Shown here: positions 35,701 through 47,700 of the stretch, piece after piece
Position numbering within the stretch: position 1 is the stretch's first letter
How the letters are laid out: each line of letters opens with the position of its first letter
From: Gammaproteobacteria bacterium
GTDB lineage: Bacteria; Pseudomonadota; Gammaproteobacteria; CBDBNL01; JAAOII01
Assembly: GCA_965207705.1 (NCBI GenBank)
Contig: OZ242292.1
Coordinates: 1,247,696-1,311,695 of the forward strand
Reading direction: 5' to 3'
Length of the DNA stretch: 64,000 nucleotides
Position numbers and translations under genes: made by a program
Notes under the pieces: generated by a model
What the model was told of the DNA's origin: nothing
The model's input: the letters and a program-made list of their open reading frames with translations, nothing else
Database searches by the model: none

Positions 35701-38580
35701 GTCAATGATGCTCCGAGGATTATTAATATAACGAGTTCGGGCTCTGTTAGACGCAGCAGTGTGGATAATTTCGTTGTTGCTGAGGGAGCAAGCCCTGAAG
35801 GTGGTATTGACGTAACAGTCGAAGATATAGATTTTGTTTTGCGCGATAGGGTTAGTTTGGCTGTTGCCAGCGCCACCCTTGACGCTAAGTTTATATCCGT
35901 TGCCAAAGCGCATACAGATGAATCGGATGCCGATTCTAACCACCAAGTAATATTTAATATAGATATTCCATCCGAGTCGTTGAATGATGCCGAGGTGGGA
36001 ACTCATATCTTGGAAATAAACGCAACAGATGCTGAGGGAGTAGTCGCTACACGCCAAGTTAATTTAGTTGTTGAGAATGTTAATGATGCTCCTGAAATTG
36101 TTGAGATTACTCATGTAGGGGGAATCAGTAAGACACGATCAGGTGAATTTGATCTATATCAACTGAATGAGGGCGGCGCTGGATTTTTGAATATTACGAT
36201 TGCGGATGAAGATTTAGTTCATTCACACGAGAATATAACAGTCAGCTGGGATAACCCCTTATCTGATGAATTATTATCATTTAACAAACAATTTTTTACT
36301 TCTGTTGATGCTAATGATGGGACAGTTAATCTTGTCTTGTGGTTAGGGCAAGGAGCTGACTTTGATGATGTTCACATAGACAACTACGTTATAGCTCTAT
36401 CAATATTTGATGGTAATGATGTAAGAATTAATCCGATAAAATCAAGTATACTCCTTGAGATTGTTAATGTCCCTGAACGTCCTTTCTTTCCACAGCCAAA
36501 CCATCATATAACTATATTTCAACAATCTGGCGCAGTTATAATGCCAGCTGGGACAGTCATAGCAACCATCGGGGAGGCATACTGTTCAGTAGCAGATTCA
36601 ACATCTGGTTGTGAGTATCCTGCGCCAGTTCTCGTGGCAAGTGATCCAGATTCTGGTGATGCGGCAAAATTAATTTATGAAATTGGACCTCGTGGCGCAG
36701 AAAAATTTTATGTAGACGGTTTGCAAATCAAAAATCGTATCACGCTCATAACTGGTGTTCGTCCGAATTTTATTATTAACGCTATAGATCCTAGTGGTAT
36801 GAAGGTGGCTCGATACAGAGAAGCGTTTGTTACTGTGTATGTTAAAGATACAAATAATTTCAATCAAGATTTTGATGGTGATGGAGTTTATGACCCTTAT
36901 GATGGGGCTCCCATCAACCCTGCTGCGCAAACCATGGGCAGTGGAACACGCGCTGACCCGTATCTTATCCATAATATTTATCAATTGCAGGCAATAGCTG
37001 GAGTTGACCATGAAGGGAATAGTTTGCAAGCATCTGAGTTTACAGGGAACTCTTATTTGTATGGGAATGGGGATGGGGTGAATGAATTGGCGGAGCAGCT
37101 CAGCCGCCATTATCGTTTGGCAAATAATGTAATAGCTTCCATCACCTCAGATTGGAATGACGGCGGCGGATTTACACCTATAGGGGTAGGTGTTTGTAAT
37201 AGCGATAACACGCAATGCGATGCCTCCACGGTAGCTCGCAGAGTGGTTGGATCCCCAGTGCGCTTTAGCGGAACATTTGATGGAGCGAATTTTGAAATTA
37301 GTAACTTAGCGATCAATAGGAAATCAAGCTATCTTGGACTATTCGGCGAGGCAGGAGATGGCAGTGTTATTGTTAATTTAAAATTAACTTCGGCAAATAT
37401 TATAAATTCTGCCACTCGCTCAAATCCAAGCGCTGCAGTCAAATTTAGCCATGGAGGTCTCTTAGTGGGGCAAATGTTAGGCGGCACCATAGATAATGTC
37501 CATACTACTGGAAGGTTAGTTGCTTTGGATTATAAATATGCAGGCGGTGTGGTGGGGTCGCTTAGTCCATCGACGAATAGAACAATACCTGGCATAATAA
37601 CAAACTCTATGGCGGACGTTGATATTACTGCCAATGGCATTGAATTTGGTGGATTAGTGGGTGTGTTGGGGATTAACTCTCTCATACAAGCATCTAACGC
37701 CAAAGGGAATGTAATGTCCGCTGTAAATGATAATAATGCGCTTCTTGCTAATTATGTAGGAGGTTTAGTCGGAATATCTCGTGGCTATATATTTGCTTCT
37801 TATGCTAAGGGTGATGTGCGCGGCTTTTCTAATGTGGGCGGGTTGGCTGGAAACGTGCTCGGAGGCGCAACAACTGCTAGCTTTGCTACTGGTGATGTTG
37901 AAGGAATCATACAAGTTGGTGGATTAGTTGGTCAGATGTTAGCGGGTACTCACAGATATTTGTATTATAGCGGACAGCTTATTCGTTCTTCTTATACCTC
38001 GGCAACACCAGAATTTATAGGAGGTATAATAGGAAGATTATGGGCAAGAACAACTATTTACAGTGTTATTAATATGCGCTCCAGCAATCCTTATGACACA
38101 CCTAAAGGAGGGTTAGTATTTGGTCTCCTTGATCTAACTGTAGTTCAAGATATCCCTAATATTCATAATGCCTATTCAATTTACTTCCCTGACAATCCTT
38201 TGGGTTACATTGCACATAAAAGTTATGGAACAGCACAGGGCGGACCGCTTTCTCTTCTTGGGGACAACGCCGCTAGTATTAAAGCAATACCTGTGGTTCA
38301 GTTGAAATATTGCTCTAACGACGCACTTTTTCAGGGGTTGTTTTGCACTGGTTTATTCAATAATAATTTTTGGAGGGATTTACGTGTCTCGTCATTAGGT
38401 TCAAGCTATAATGTTGATTGGTCCATTCCCTCTGATAATTATCCCGCCCTTAAAGTGCAACGAGTTACTGGGACGGGAGAGCTTGATGATGCCAGTATTC
38501 TTCCTTCGCCCGAAGAGCAAAGATGTCATACTGAACCGCAATATACTCACCCCATTCACTGCCCGACAACTACTCGCTAA
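32773..38580 (+). CDS. Giant cadherin-like/GLUG lipoprotein, array paralog 1 (no central cassettes)
   Basis: 1,935 aa. The leader is MKIAYMKSRLKSRFIIIFLSLIAVGC (lipobox AVGC). Cadherin-like domains end in (I/V)ENVNDAP. The C-terminal head at 36955-38577 (DPYLIHNIYQLQAIAGVDH.., GLUG units) follows a DFDGDGVYDPYDG motif. Confidence 0.88.
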   Translation: MKIAYMKSRLKSRFIIIFLSLIAVGCAGSENNNGSGQSPTPLTPTPLTPTPLTCADNPDVCSPPHLTALYGGGVFYFNEATEINQTVNISEGEKQTFYAIIHDSDILSGESINVTINSTIKLDTNITDSLYGYVSPPLKMDSESIPSALENYTNAEGYEIFIFTLGEDLLLDDRVVGEHKILVVSIDTKGLEGSSKIVVVIENVNDAPVISALTSLDGVVSIGGDVFEVFEGGDNGAIKVIVNDADIQHGDVVGLNITDANLPTGVISIEANKLSQPDVVNNQVEFTIHIASELMQDTDIGEYPLDLLAYDELGEAKDKRTITLKVKNTDDTGKINDPAISGGVSKLGSVDGSPDTFTIDERQNGQIKVVISDEDLIHSSQLEYTITGDPIREGLLNITRVESLSSAEEHIFLIDIGKSGGPIDDADIGNYNLNLRIFDVGADRRVDALYPFVLEINNVPEPTAIINVQAGQGAVAGTGANYFVLKEEILASLDIIVMDEDLVNPLAQENITMETIPSDLPNDLLLTKSLYVTRPNTVGGNQATFTLEIAAPRNEDARDDNYTIPFIISGAGGRSLVGEISIKIENVNDAPVISALTHSGGVSRAAPAEENTFIVSEGGVNGAITVTVEDPDIQHGDIVSLEISNDALLGDSAFIDKYFSVEENITAPNQVEFTIHIASELMQDTDIGEHHFQLSVYDDFAGSATRDFIVIVEDTNDLTTISNFGWTGNLTSISRAPNNGGDLFTIYEGQSGQIEFTFSDEDLALTPLVISNITGDSIDSQIINATIRTKLSSPDERILTINIGNNSSGTQKIDDAHIGTYELSLNISSSAGEVAISYPFALQIINVEEQPRIIKILPNFGLNSGPIANSFILTQNIATSFIIVVEDEDFASPQNQENIRIAASHPTDSNYPFLTLVSYESPQINLPDIAGGKRATFIAKIAAPSNDFVGEHTLSITAIDSSVRTAHLNLNLTVLNVNDAPRIINITSSGSVRRSSVDNFVVAEGASPEGGIDVTVEDIDFVLRDRVSLAVASATLDAKFISVAKAHTDESDADSNHQVIFNIDIPSESLNDAEVGTHILEINATDAEGVVATRQVNLVVENVNDAPEIVEITHVGGISKTRSGEFDLYQLNEGGAGFLNITIADEDLVHSHENITVSWDNPLSDELLSFNKQFFTSVDANDGTVNLVLWLGQGADFDDVHIDNYVIALSIFDGNDVRINPIKSSILLEIVNVPERPFFPQPNHHITIFQQSGAVIMPAGTVIATIGEAYCSVADSTSGCEYPAPVLVASDPDSGDAAKLIYEIGPRGAEKFYVDGLQIKNRITLITGVRPNFIINAIDPSGMKVARYREAFVTVYVKDTNNFNQDFDGDGVYDPYDGAPINPAAQTMGSGTRADPYLIHNIYQLQAIAGVDHEGNSLQASEFTGNSYLYGNGDGVNELAEQLSRHYRLANNVIASITSDWNDGGGFTPIGVGVCNSDNTQCDASTVARRVVGSPVRFSGTFDGANFEISNLAINRKSSYLGLFGEAGDGSVIVNLKLTSANIINSATRSNPSAAVKFSHGGLLVGQMLGGTIDNVHTTGRLVALDYKYAGGVVGSLSPSTNRTIPGIITNSMADVDITANGIEFGGLVGVLGINSLIQASNAKGNVMSAVNDNNALLANYVGGLVGISRGYIFASYAKGDVRGFSNVGGLAGNVLGGATTASFATGDVEGIIQVGGLVGQMLAGTHRYLYYSGQLIRSSYTSATPEFIGGIIGRLWARTTIYSVINMRSSNPYDTPKGGLVFGLLDLTVVQDIPNIHNAYSIYFPDNPLGYIAHKSYGTAQGGPLSLLGDNAASIKAIPVVQLKYCSNDALFQGLFCTGLFNNNFWRDLRVSSLGSSYNVDWSIPSDNYPALKVQRVTGTGELDDASILPSPEEQRCHTEPQYTHPIHCPTTTR
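32887..32931 (+). repeat. 15-nt tandem repeat x3 encoding (PTPLT)3 just after the lipobox Cys
   Basis: CCTACTCCCCTTACC is present three times here and twice in paralogs 3 and 4 (PTPLTPTPLT). Paralog 2 has a variant, PTPLTPTPPT. Confidence 0.85.
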
Positions 38581-38624
38581 ATACCCTCCCTTGGCAATCA
38601 TAGATATTTATATATAATTACCAC

Positions 38625-38777
38625 AAATATGCAATATTAATGGTATACTTCATATTGCAGAGGTGGTGTGTTCATGTGAAAAGTGCGTATGTTGAATATT
38701 AGATAGTAATGTACTTGCTATAATAATTCAACTAATGTTTATTATATAATTAAATCATGAATATAGATAACGATCTT
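38625..38777 (+). promoter_or_regulatory. Conserved upstream leader of array paralog 2
   Basis: Same block as 32618-32772, with AAATATGCAATATTAATG at 38625-38642 and TATAAT at 38745-38750. Confidence 0.4.
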
Positions 38778-41700
38778 ATGAAAATTACATATATGAAAAG
38801 TAGATTAAAGAGTAGATTTATTATTGTTTTCTTGTCTCTGATCGCTGTGGGGTGTGCTGGATCAGGAAATAATAATGGAAGCGGTCAGTCCCCTACTCCC
38901 CTTACCCCTACTCCCCCTACATGTGCCGATAATCCCGATGTCTGTTCGGTGCCCTATCTTACAGCTTTATACGGCGGCGGTGTATTCTACTTTAACGAAG
39001 CTACGGAGATTAACCAAACTGTCAAAATTAGCGAAGGAGAGAAGCAAACCTTCTATGCTATTATCCATGATTCCGATATATCATCTGGAGAATCTATTAA
39101 TGTTACCATCAATAGTACTATTAAATTAGATACTGATATTATAGATAGTTTAAATGGCTATGTTTCTCCACCACTTAAGATGGATCCCGAGACGGATCCC
39201 GAGAGTATTCCATCCGCGCTTGAAAACTACACAAATGCTGAAGGATATGAGATTTTTAACTTTACCTTAGGGGAAGACCTTTTATTAGATGATAAAGTGG
39301 TCGGAGAACATGAGATTTTAGTTGTCTCTATTGATGCCCGGGGATTGGAGGGTTCTTCTAAGATAGTAGTTGTGATAGAGAACGTCAACGATACGCCTGT
39401 AATATCCTCCTTGGAACGTTCAGGCGGAGTTACCGCAAGCAGTGAAAATATTTTTGAAGTATATGAGGGAGGTGAAGAAGGAATTATTAGGGTAAAAGTT
39501 AGAGATGATGATATACAGCACGGAGATATTGTTAGCTTAAATCTTATCAGTGCCGATTTGCCTGGCATTATATCTATTGAGGAGGATAAATTATCCCAGT
39601 CCGATGCTGTAAATAACCAAGTAGAGTTTGTGTTAAATGTTGCGTCTGGTCTTCTGCGGGATGCTGATATAGGCGAGCATCAGTTTCGTTTTTTAGTGCA
39701 TGATGAATTTGGTGGGATAGATGGCAGCGGGAATTTTACTCTGAATGTCAAAAATACTGATGACGCAAGCAGCGCTACCTATTCAGCAATTAGAGGCGGG
39801 GTTAGTAAGCTGGACAGTGTGGATGGTAGCCCAGATATATTCGCAATTAGTGAAGGACAAAGCGGGCAGATTGAGGTTATTATCTCTGATGAGGATTTGT
39901 CCCGCACTTCGCAGCTTGAATATACAATAACTAGCGACTCTATTAGGCAAGGGGTTAGGGCAGGATTATTAAATATAAGCAGAGTTGAATCCTCATCTTC
40001 TGCTGAGGAACAAATATTCCTCATTGATATTGGAAAAAATGGCAGTCCGATTGATGATGCGGATATTGGAATTTACAACTTGAATCTGCGCGTAGCAGAT
40101 GATGACAGGGCTGTAAATGCCAATTATCCTTTTGTTCTCAAGGTTAATAATGTTGTTGAGCAGCCCAATATTATTAGCGTGTTGGCGGGAGAAGGTGTTA
40201 GCGCTTCAGCCGATAATAACTCTTGGATATTATCAGAAGATGTTGTAGGTTCTTTGAGTATCGTGGTGGAGGATGAAGATTTTGGTAGTGCGCAAAATCA
40301 AGAGAGTATAAACATTACCATTACAAGCCCCATTCTTCCTGAGAACTTCATAACTGTTCCACAATCAGAGATTAGCCGCCCCGATAGTTCTACGAATAAC
40401 AGAGCCACTTTTAGAATTGAATTTACCGCTCCTGCTAATGAACTGGTTGGAGAACATAATATTACTTTTTCCTTTACTGATACAGATGGGAACATAGTTT
40501 TATATAAGAGGGAGTTTAGAATTGAGAACGTCAATGATGCTCCCGTAATATCCGCCCTGACTAGTTTAGATGGGGTTGTCTCAATAGGTGGAGATGTTTT
40601 TGAAGTATATGAGGGAGGTGAAGAAGGAATTATTAGGGTAAAAGTTAGAGATGTGGATATACAGCATGGAGATATTGTTAGCTTGAATATTACCAGTGCT
40701 AATCTGCCGACTGGGGTTATATCCATTGAAAAGGATAAATTATCCCAGTTGGATACTATAAATAATCAAGTGGAGTTTGTATTAAATGTAGCGTCTGGGC
40801 TTCTGCGGGATGCTGATATAGGTGAACATTTGTTGAACTTCTTGGTTTATGATGAATTTGGCGGGGCAGAGGACACAAGAACTATTACTCTAAAAATCAA
40901 AAATACTGATGACGCAAGCAGCGCTACCTATTCAGCAATTAGAGGCGGGGTTAGTAAGCTGGACAGTGTGGATGGTAGCCCAGATACATTCGCAATTAGT
41001 GAAGGACAAAGCGGGCAGATTGAGGTTATTATCTCTGATGAGGATTTGTCCCGCACTTCGCAGCTTGAATATACAATAACTAGCGACTCTATTAGGCGAG
41101 GGGTTAGGGCAGGATTATTAAATATAAGCAGAGTTGAATCCTCATCTTCTGCTGAGGAAAATATATTCCTCATTGATATCGGCAAGAGCGGCAGTCCGAT
41201 TGATGATGCGGATATCGGAAGTTACAACTTGAATCTACGAGTAGAGAATGATGCTGGAACTGTGAATGCAAATTATCCTTTTGTTCTCACAGTTAATAAT
41301 GTTGTTGAGCAGCCCAATATTATTAGCGTGTTGGCGGGAACAGGTGTTAGCGCTTCAGCCGATAATAATTCTTGGATATTATCAGAAGATGTTGTAGGTT
41401 CTTTGAGTATCGTGGTGGAGGATGAAGATTTTGGTAGTGCGCAAAATCAAGAGAGTATAAACATTACCATTACAAGCCCCACTCTTCCTGAGAACTTCAT
41501 AACTGTTCCACAATCAGAGATTAGCCGCCCCGATAGCTCTACGAATAACAGAGTCACTTTTAGAATAGAATTTACCGCTCCTGCTAATCAACTAGTTGGA
41601 GAACATAATATCACTTTTTCCTTTACTGATACTGATGGAAATACAGCATTATATGAGAGGGAGTTTAGAATTGAGAACGTCAATGATGCCCCCGTAATAT

Positions 41701-44700
41701 CCGCTCTGACTCGTTCAGACGGAGTTACCTCAAACGGTGAAAATATTTTTGAAGTATATGAGGGAGGTGAAGAAGGAACTATTAGGGTGGCAGTTAGAGA
41801 TGATGATATACAGCATGGAGATATTGTTAGCTTGAATATTACTAGCGCTAATCTGCCAGCTGGAGTTATATCTATTGAAAAGGATAAATTATCCCAGTCC
41901 GATGTTGTAAATAACCAGGTAGAGTTTGTAGTCCATATTGCGTCTGGGCTTCTGCGGGATGCTGATATAGGTGAATATATATTAGACCTTTTGGTTTATG
42001 ATGAACTTGGCAAGGCAGAAGACAGTAGAACTATTACTCTAAAAGTTAATAATGTTGTTGAGCAACCGAATATTATTAGTGTGTTGGCGGGAGCAGGTGT
42101 TAGCGCTTCAGCCGATGGCAGCTCTTGGATATTATCAGAAGATGTTGCGGGTTCTTTGAGTATCGTGGTGGAGGATGAAGATTTTGGTAGTGTGCAAAAT
42201 CAAGAGAGTATAAACATTACCATTATGAGTCCTACCCTTCCTGAGAACTTCATAACTGTTCAACAATCAGAGATTAGCCGCCCCGACAGTTCTACAAATA
42301 ACAGAGTCACTTTTAGAATTGAATTTACCGCTCCTGCTAATGAACTAGTTGGAGAACATAATATCACTTTTTCCTTTACTGATACTGATGGAAATACAGC
42401 ATTATATGAAGGGAAGTTTAGAATTGAGAACGTCAATGATGCCCCCGTAATATCCGCTCTGACTAGTTTAGATGGGGTTGTCTCAAGCGGTGAAAATATT
42501 TTTGAAGTATATGAGGGAGGTGAAGAAGGAATTATTAGGGTAAAAGTTAGAGATGCGGATATACAGCATGGAGATATTATTGGCTTGAATATTACTGGCG
42601 CTAATCTACCGACTGGAGTTATATCTATTGAAAAGGATAAATTATCCCAGTCGGATACTATAAATAATCAAGTAGAGTTTATAGTTCGTATTGCATCTGA
42701 GCTTTTGCAGGACAGTGACACAGGTGAATATTCATTGGACTTCTTAGTTTATGATGAATTTGGTAAGGCAGAAGACAGTAGAACTATTACTCTAAAAGTT
42801 ATAAACACTGATGACGCAAGCAGCGCTACCTATTCAGCAATTAGAGGCGGGGTTAGTAAGCTGGGTAGTGTGGATGGTAGCCCGGATACCTTCGCAATTA
42901 GTGAGGGAGAAAGCGGACAAATTAATGTCACTATCTCTGATGAGGATTTAATCCACACTTCACAGCTTGAATATACAATAACTGGCGACTCTATTAGGCA
43001 AGGATTATTAAATATAAGCAGAGTTGAATCCTCATCTTCTGCTGAGGAAAATATATTCCTCATTGATATTGGGAAAAATGGCAACCCGATTGATGATGCG
43101 GATATTGGAAGTTACAACTTGAATCTGCGAGTAACGGATGATGCTGGAACTGTGAATGCGAATTATCCTTTTGTTCTCAAGGTTAATAATGTTGTTGAGC
43201 CGCCAAATATTATTAGCGTGTTGGCGGGGGCAGGTGTTAGCGCCGCAGCCGATGGTAGCTCTTGGACGTTATCAGAAGATGTTGCAGGTTCTTTGAATAT
43301 CGTGGTGGAGGATGAAGATTTTGGTAGTCCACAAAACCAAGAGAGCATAAACATTACCATTACAAGCCCCACTCTTCCTGAGAACTTCATAACTGTTCAA
43401 CAATCAGAGATTAGCCGTCCCGACAGTTCTACGAATAACAGAGTCACTTTTAGAATTGAATTTACCGCTCCTGCTAATCAACTAGTCGGAGAACACAATG
43501 TTACTTTTTCCTTTACTGATACAGATGGAAACAGAGCATTATATGAGGGGGAGTTTAGAATTGAGAACGTTAATGATGCTCCTGTAATATTCTCATTGAC
43601 TCGTTCAGACGGAGTTTTCTCAAGCGGTGAAAATATTTTTGAAGCGTTTGAAGGTGGTGAAGAAGGAACTATTAGGGTAGCAGTTAGAGATGTGGATATA
43701 CAGCATGGAGATATTGTTAGCTTGAATATTACCAGTGCTAATCTGCCGACTGGGGTTATATCCATTGAAAAGGATAAATTATCCCAGTTGGATACTATAA
43801 ATAATCAAGTGGAGTTTGTATTAAATGTAGCGTCTGGGCTTCTGCGGGATGCTGATATAGGTGAATATCTATTAGACCTTTTGGTTTATGATGAATTTGA
43901 CGGAGCAAAAGACAAAAGAACTATAACTCTAAAAATTAAAAACACTGATGACGCAAGCAGCGCTACCTATTCAGCAATTAGAGGCGGGGTTAGTAAGCTG
44001 GACAGTGTGGATGGCGCTTCAGATACATTCGCAATTAGTGAAGGACAAAGCGGGCAGATTGAGGTTATTATCTCTGATGAGGATTTGTCCCGCACTTCGC
44101 AGCTTGAATATACAATAACTAGCGACTCTATTAGGCAAGGGGTTAGGGCAGGCTTATTAAATATAAGCAGAGTTGAATCCTCATCTTCTGCTGAGGAAAA
44201 TATATTCCTCATTGATATCGGCAAGAGCGGCAGTCCGATTGATGATGCGGATATCGGAAGTTACAACTTGAATCTGCGAGTAGAGGATGATGCAGGGACT
44301 GTGAATGCAAACTATCCTTTTGTTCTCAAGGTTAATAATGTTGTTGAGCAGCCCAATATTATTAGCGTGTTGGCAGGAACAGGTATTAGCGCTTCAGCCA
44401 ATAATAACTCTTGGATATTATCAGAAGATGTTGCAGGTTCTTTGAGTATCGTGGTGGAGGATGAAGATTTTGGTAGTGCGCAAAATCAAGAGAGTATAAA
44501 TATCACCATTATGAGCCCCACCCTTCCTCAGAACTTCATAACTGTTCAACAATCAGAGATTAGCCGCCCCGATAGTTCTACGAATAACAGAGCCACTTTT
44601 AGAATTGAATTTACCGCTCCTGCTAATGAACTAGTTGGAGAACATAATATTACTTTTTCCTTTACTGATACAGATGGGAACATAGTTTTATATAAGAGGA

Positions 44701-47700
44701 AGTTTAAAATTGAGAACGTTAATGATGCTCCTGTAATATTCTCATTGACTCGTTCAGACGGAGTTTTCTCAAGCGGTGAAAATATTTTTGAAGTATATGA
44801 GGGAGGTGAAGAAGGAATTATTAGGGTAACAGTTAGAGATGCGGATATACAGCATGGAGATATTGTTGGCTTGAATATTACTGACGCTAATCTGCCGACT
44901 GGAGTTATATCTATTGAAGCGGATAAATTATCCCAGTCCGATGCTATAAATAATCAAGTGGAGTTTGTATTAAATGTAGCGTCTGGGCTTCTGCGGGATA
45001 CTGATATAGGTGAATATCTATTAGACCTTTTGGTTTATGATGAATTTGGCGGGGCAGAGGACACAAGAACTATTACTCTAAAAGTTAATAATGTTGTTGA
45101 GCAGCCCAATATTATTAGTGTGTTGGCGGGAGCAGGTGTTAGCGCTTCAGCCGATGGTAGCTCTTGGATATTATCAGAAGATGTTGCGGGTTCTTTGAGT
45201 ATCGTGGTGGAGGATGAGGACTTAGAAAGCCCACAAAACCAAGAGAGTATAAACATTACTATTACAAGCCCCACTCTGTCTGAGAACTTCATAACTGTTC
45301 AACAATCAGAGATTAGCCGTCCCGATAGTTCTACGAATAACAGAGTCACTTTTAGAATTGAATTTACCGCTCCTGCTAATCAACTAGTTGGAGAACATAA
45401 TGTTACTTTTTCCTTTACTGATACTACTGGGAACATAGTTTTATATAAGAGGGAGTTTAAAATTGAGAACGTTAATGATGCTCCCGTAATATCCGCCATC
45501 ACTAGTTTAGACGGGGTTGTCTCAATAGGTGGAGATGTTTTTGAAGTATTTGAGGGAGGCGATAATGGGGCTATTAAAGTAATTGTAAATGATGCGGATA
45601 TACAACATGGAGATGTTGTTGGCTTGAATATTACTGGCGCTAATCTGCCGACTGGAGTTATATCTATTGAAGCGAATAAATTATCCCAGTCGGATGCTAT
45701 AAATAACCAAGTAGAGTTTATAGTTCGTATTGCCTCTGAGCTTTTGCAGGACAGTGACACAGGTGAATATTCATTGGACTTCTTAGTTTATGATGAACTT
45801 GGCAAGGCAGAAGACAGTAGAACGATTACTCTAAAAGTTATAAACATTGATGATGCAAGCAGCGCTACCTATTCAGCAATTAGCGGCGGGGTTAGTAAGC
45901 TGGACAGTGTGGATGATAGCCCAGATATATTCGCAATTAGTGAGGGGCAAAGCGGGCAGATTAAGATAGCAATCTCTGATGAAGATCTAATCCACAGCTC
46001 GCAACTTGAATATACAATAACTGGCGACTCTATTAGGCAAGGGATTAGGGTAGGATTATTAAACATAACCAGGGTTGAACCCTCTTCTTCTGCCGAGGAA
46101 CATATATTCCTCATTGATATCGGCAAGAGCGGCAGTCCAATTGATGATGCGGATATCGGAAGTTACAACTTGAATCTACGAGTAGAGAATGATGCTGGAA
46201 CTGTGAATGCGAATTATCCTTTTATCCTTAAGGTTAATAATGTTGTTGAGCAGCCGAATATTATTAGCGTGTTGGCGGGAGCAGGTGTTAGCGCTTCAGC
46301 CGATGGCAGCTCTTGGACATTATCAGAAGATGTTGCGGGTTCTTTGAGTATCGTGGTGGAGGATGAAGATTTTGGTAGTCCACAAAACCAAGAGAGTATA
46401 AACATTACTATTATGAGCCCCACTCTGCCTGAGAACTTCATAACTGTTCCACAATCAGAGATTAGCCGCCCCGATAGTTCTACGAATAACAGAGTCACTT
46501 TTAGAATTGAATTTACCGCTCCTGCTAATCAACTAGTTGGAGAACATAATATTACTTTTTCCTTTACTGATACTACGGGGAACATAGTTTTATATAAGAG
46601 GGAGTTTAGAATTGAGAACGTCAACGATGTTCCTGAGATATCCATGATGGATTCTGCTCGCGGAGTTACTTCAAACGGTGAAAATATTTTTGAAGTATAT
46701 GAGGGAGGTGAAGAAGGAATTATTAGGGTAAAAGTTAGAGATGTAGATATACAGCATGGAGATATTGTTAGCTTAAATCTTATCAGTGCCGATTTGCCTG
46801 GCATTATATCTATTGAGGAGGATAAATTATCCCAGTCGGATGCTATGAATAATCAAGTGGAGTTTGTATTAAATGTAGCGTCTGGTCTTCTGCGGGATGC
46901 TGATATAGGCGAGCATCAGTTTCGTTTTTTAGTGCATGATGAATTTGGTGGGATAGATGGCAGCGGGAATTTTACTCTGAATGTCAAAAATACCGATGAC
47001 ACAAGCAGCATCAATTATTTAGCAATTAGCGGAAGGATTAATAAGCTGAGTAATGCGGATGGCGTCCCAGATACCTTCGCAATTAGTGAGGGGCAAAGCG
47101 GGCAAATTCAAGTTATAATCTCTGATGAGGATTTAATTCACACTTCGCAGCTTGAATATACAATAACTAGCGACTCTATTAGGCAAGGGATTAGGGAAGG
47201 ATTATTAAACATAACCAGAGTTGAATCCTTGTCTTCTGCTGAGGAACATATATTTCTCATTGATGTCGGTAAGAGTGGCGGTCCGATTGATGATGCGGAC
47301 ATTGGAAATTACAACTTGAATCTGCGCATATTTGATGTTAGCGCAGATAGGAGAGTAGACGCCCTTTATCCTTTTGTGTTGGAGATAAACAATGTGCCTG
47401 AACCGACTGCTATTATTAATGTGCAGGCGGGACAGGGAGCTGTAGCAGGAACAGGAACCAATTATTTTGTGCTTATAGAGGAGATTTTAGCATCCCTTGA
47501 CATTATAGTTATGGATGAAGACCTTGTAAATCCGCTTGCTCAAGAGAACATAACAATGGAAACTATACCTAGCGATTTACCGAATGACTTACTGCTTACT
47601 AAAAGTTTATATGTTACCCGTCCTGATACGGTTGGCGGAAATCAGGCAACGTTTACCCTGGAAATTGCTGCTCCACGCAACGAAGATGCGCGGGACGATA

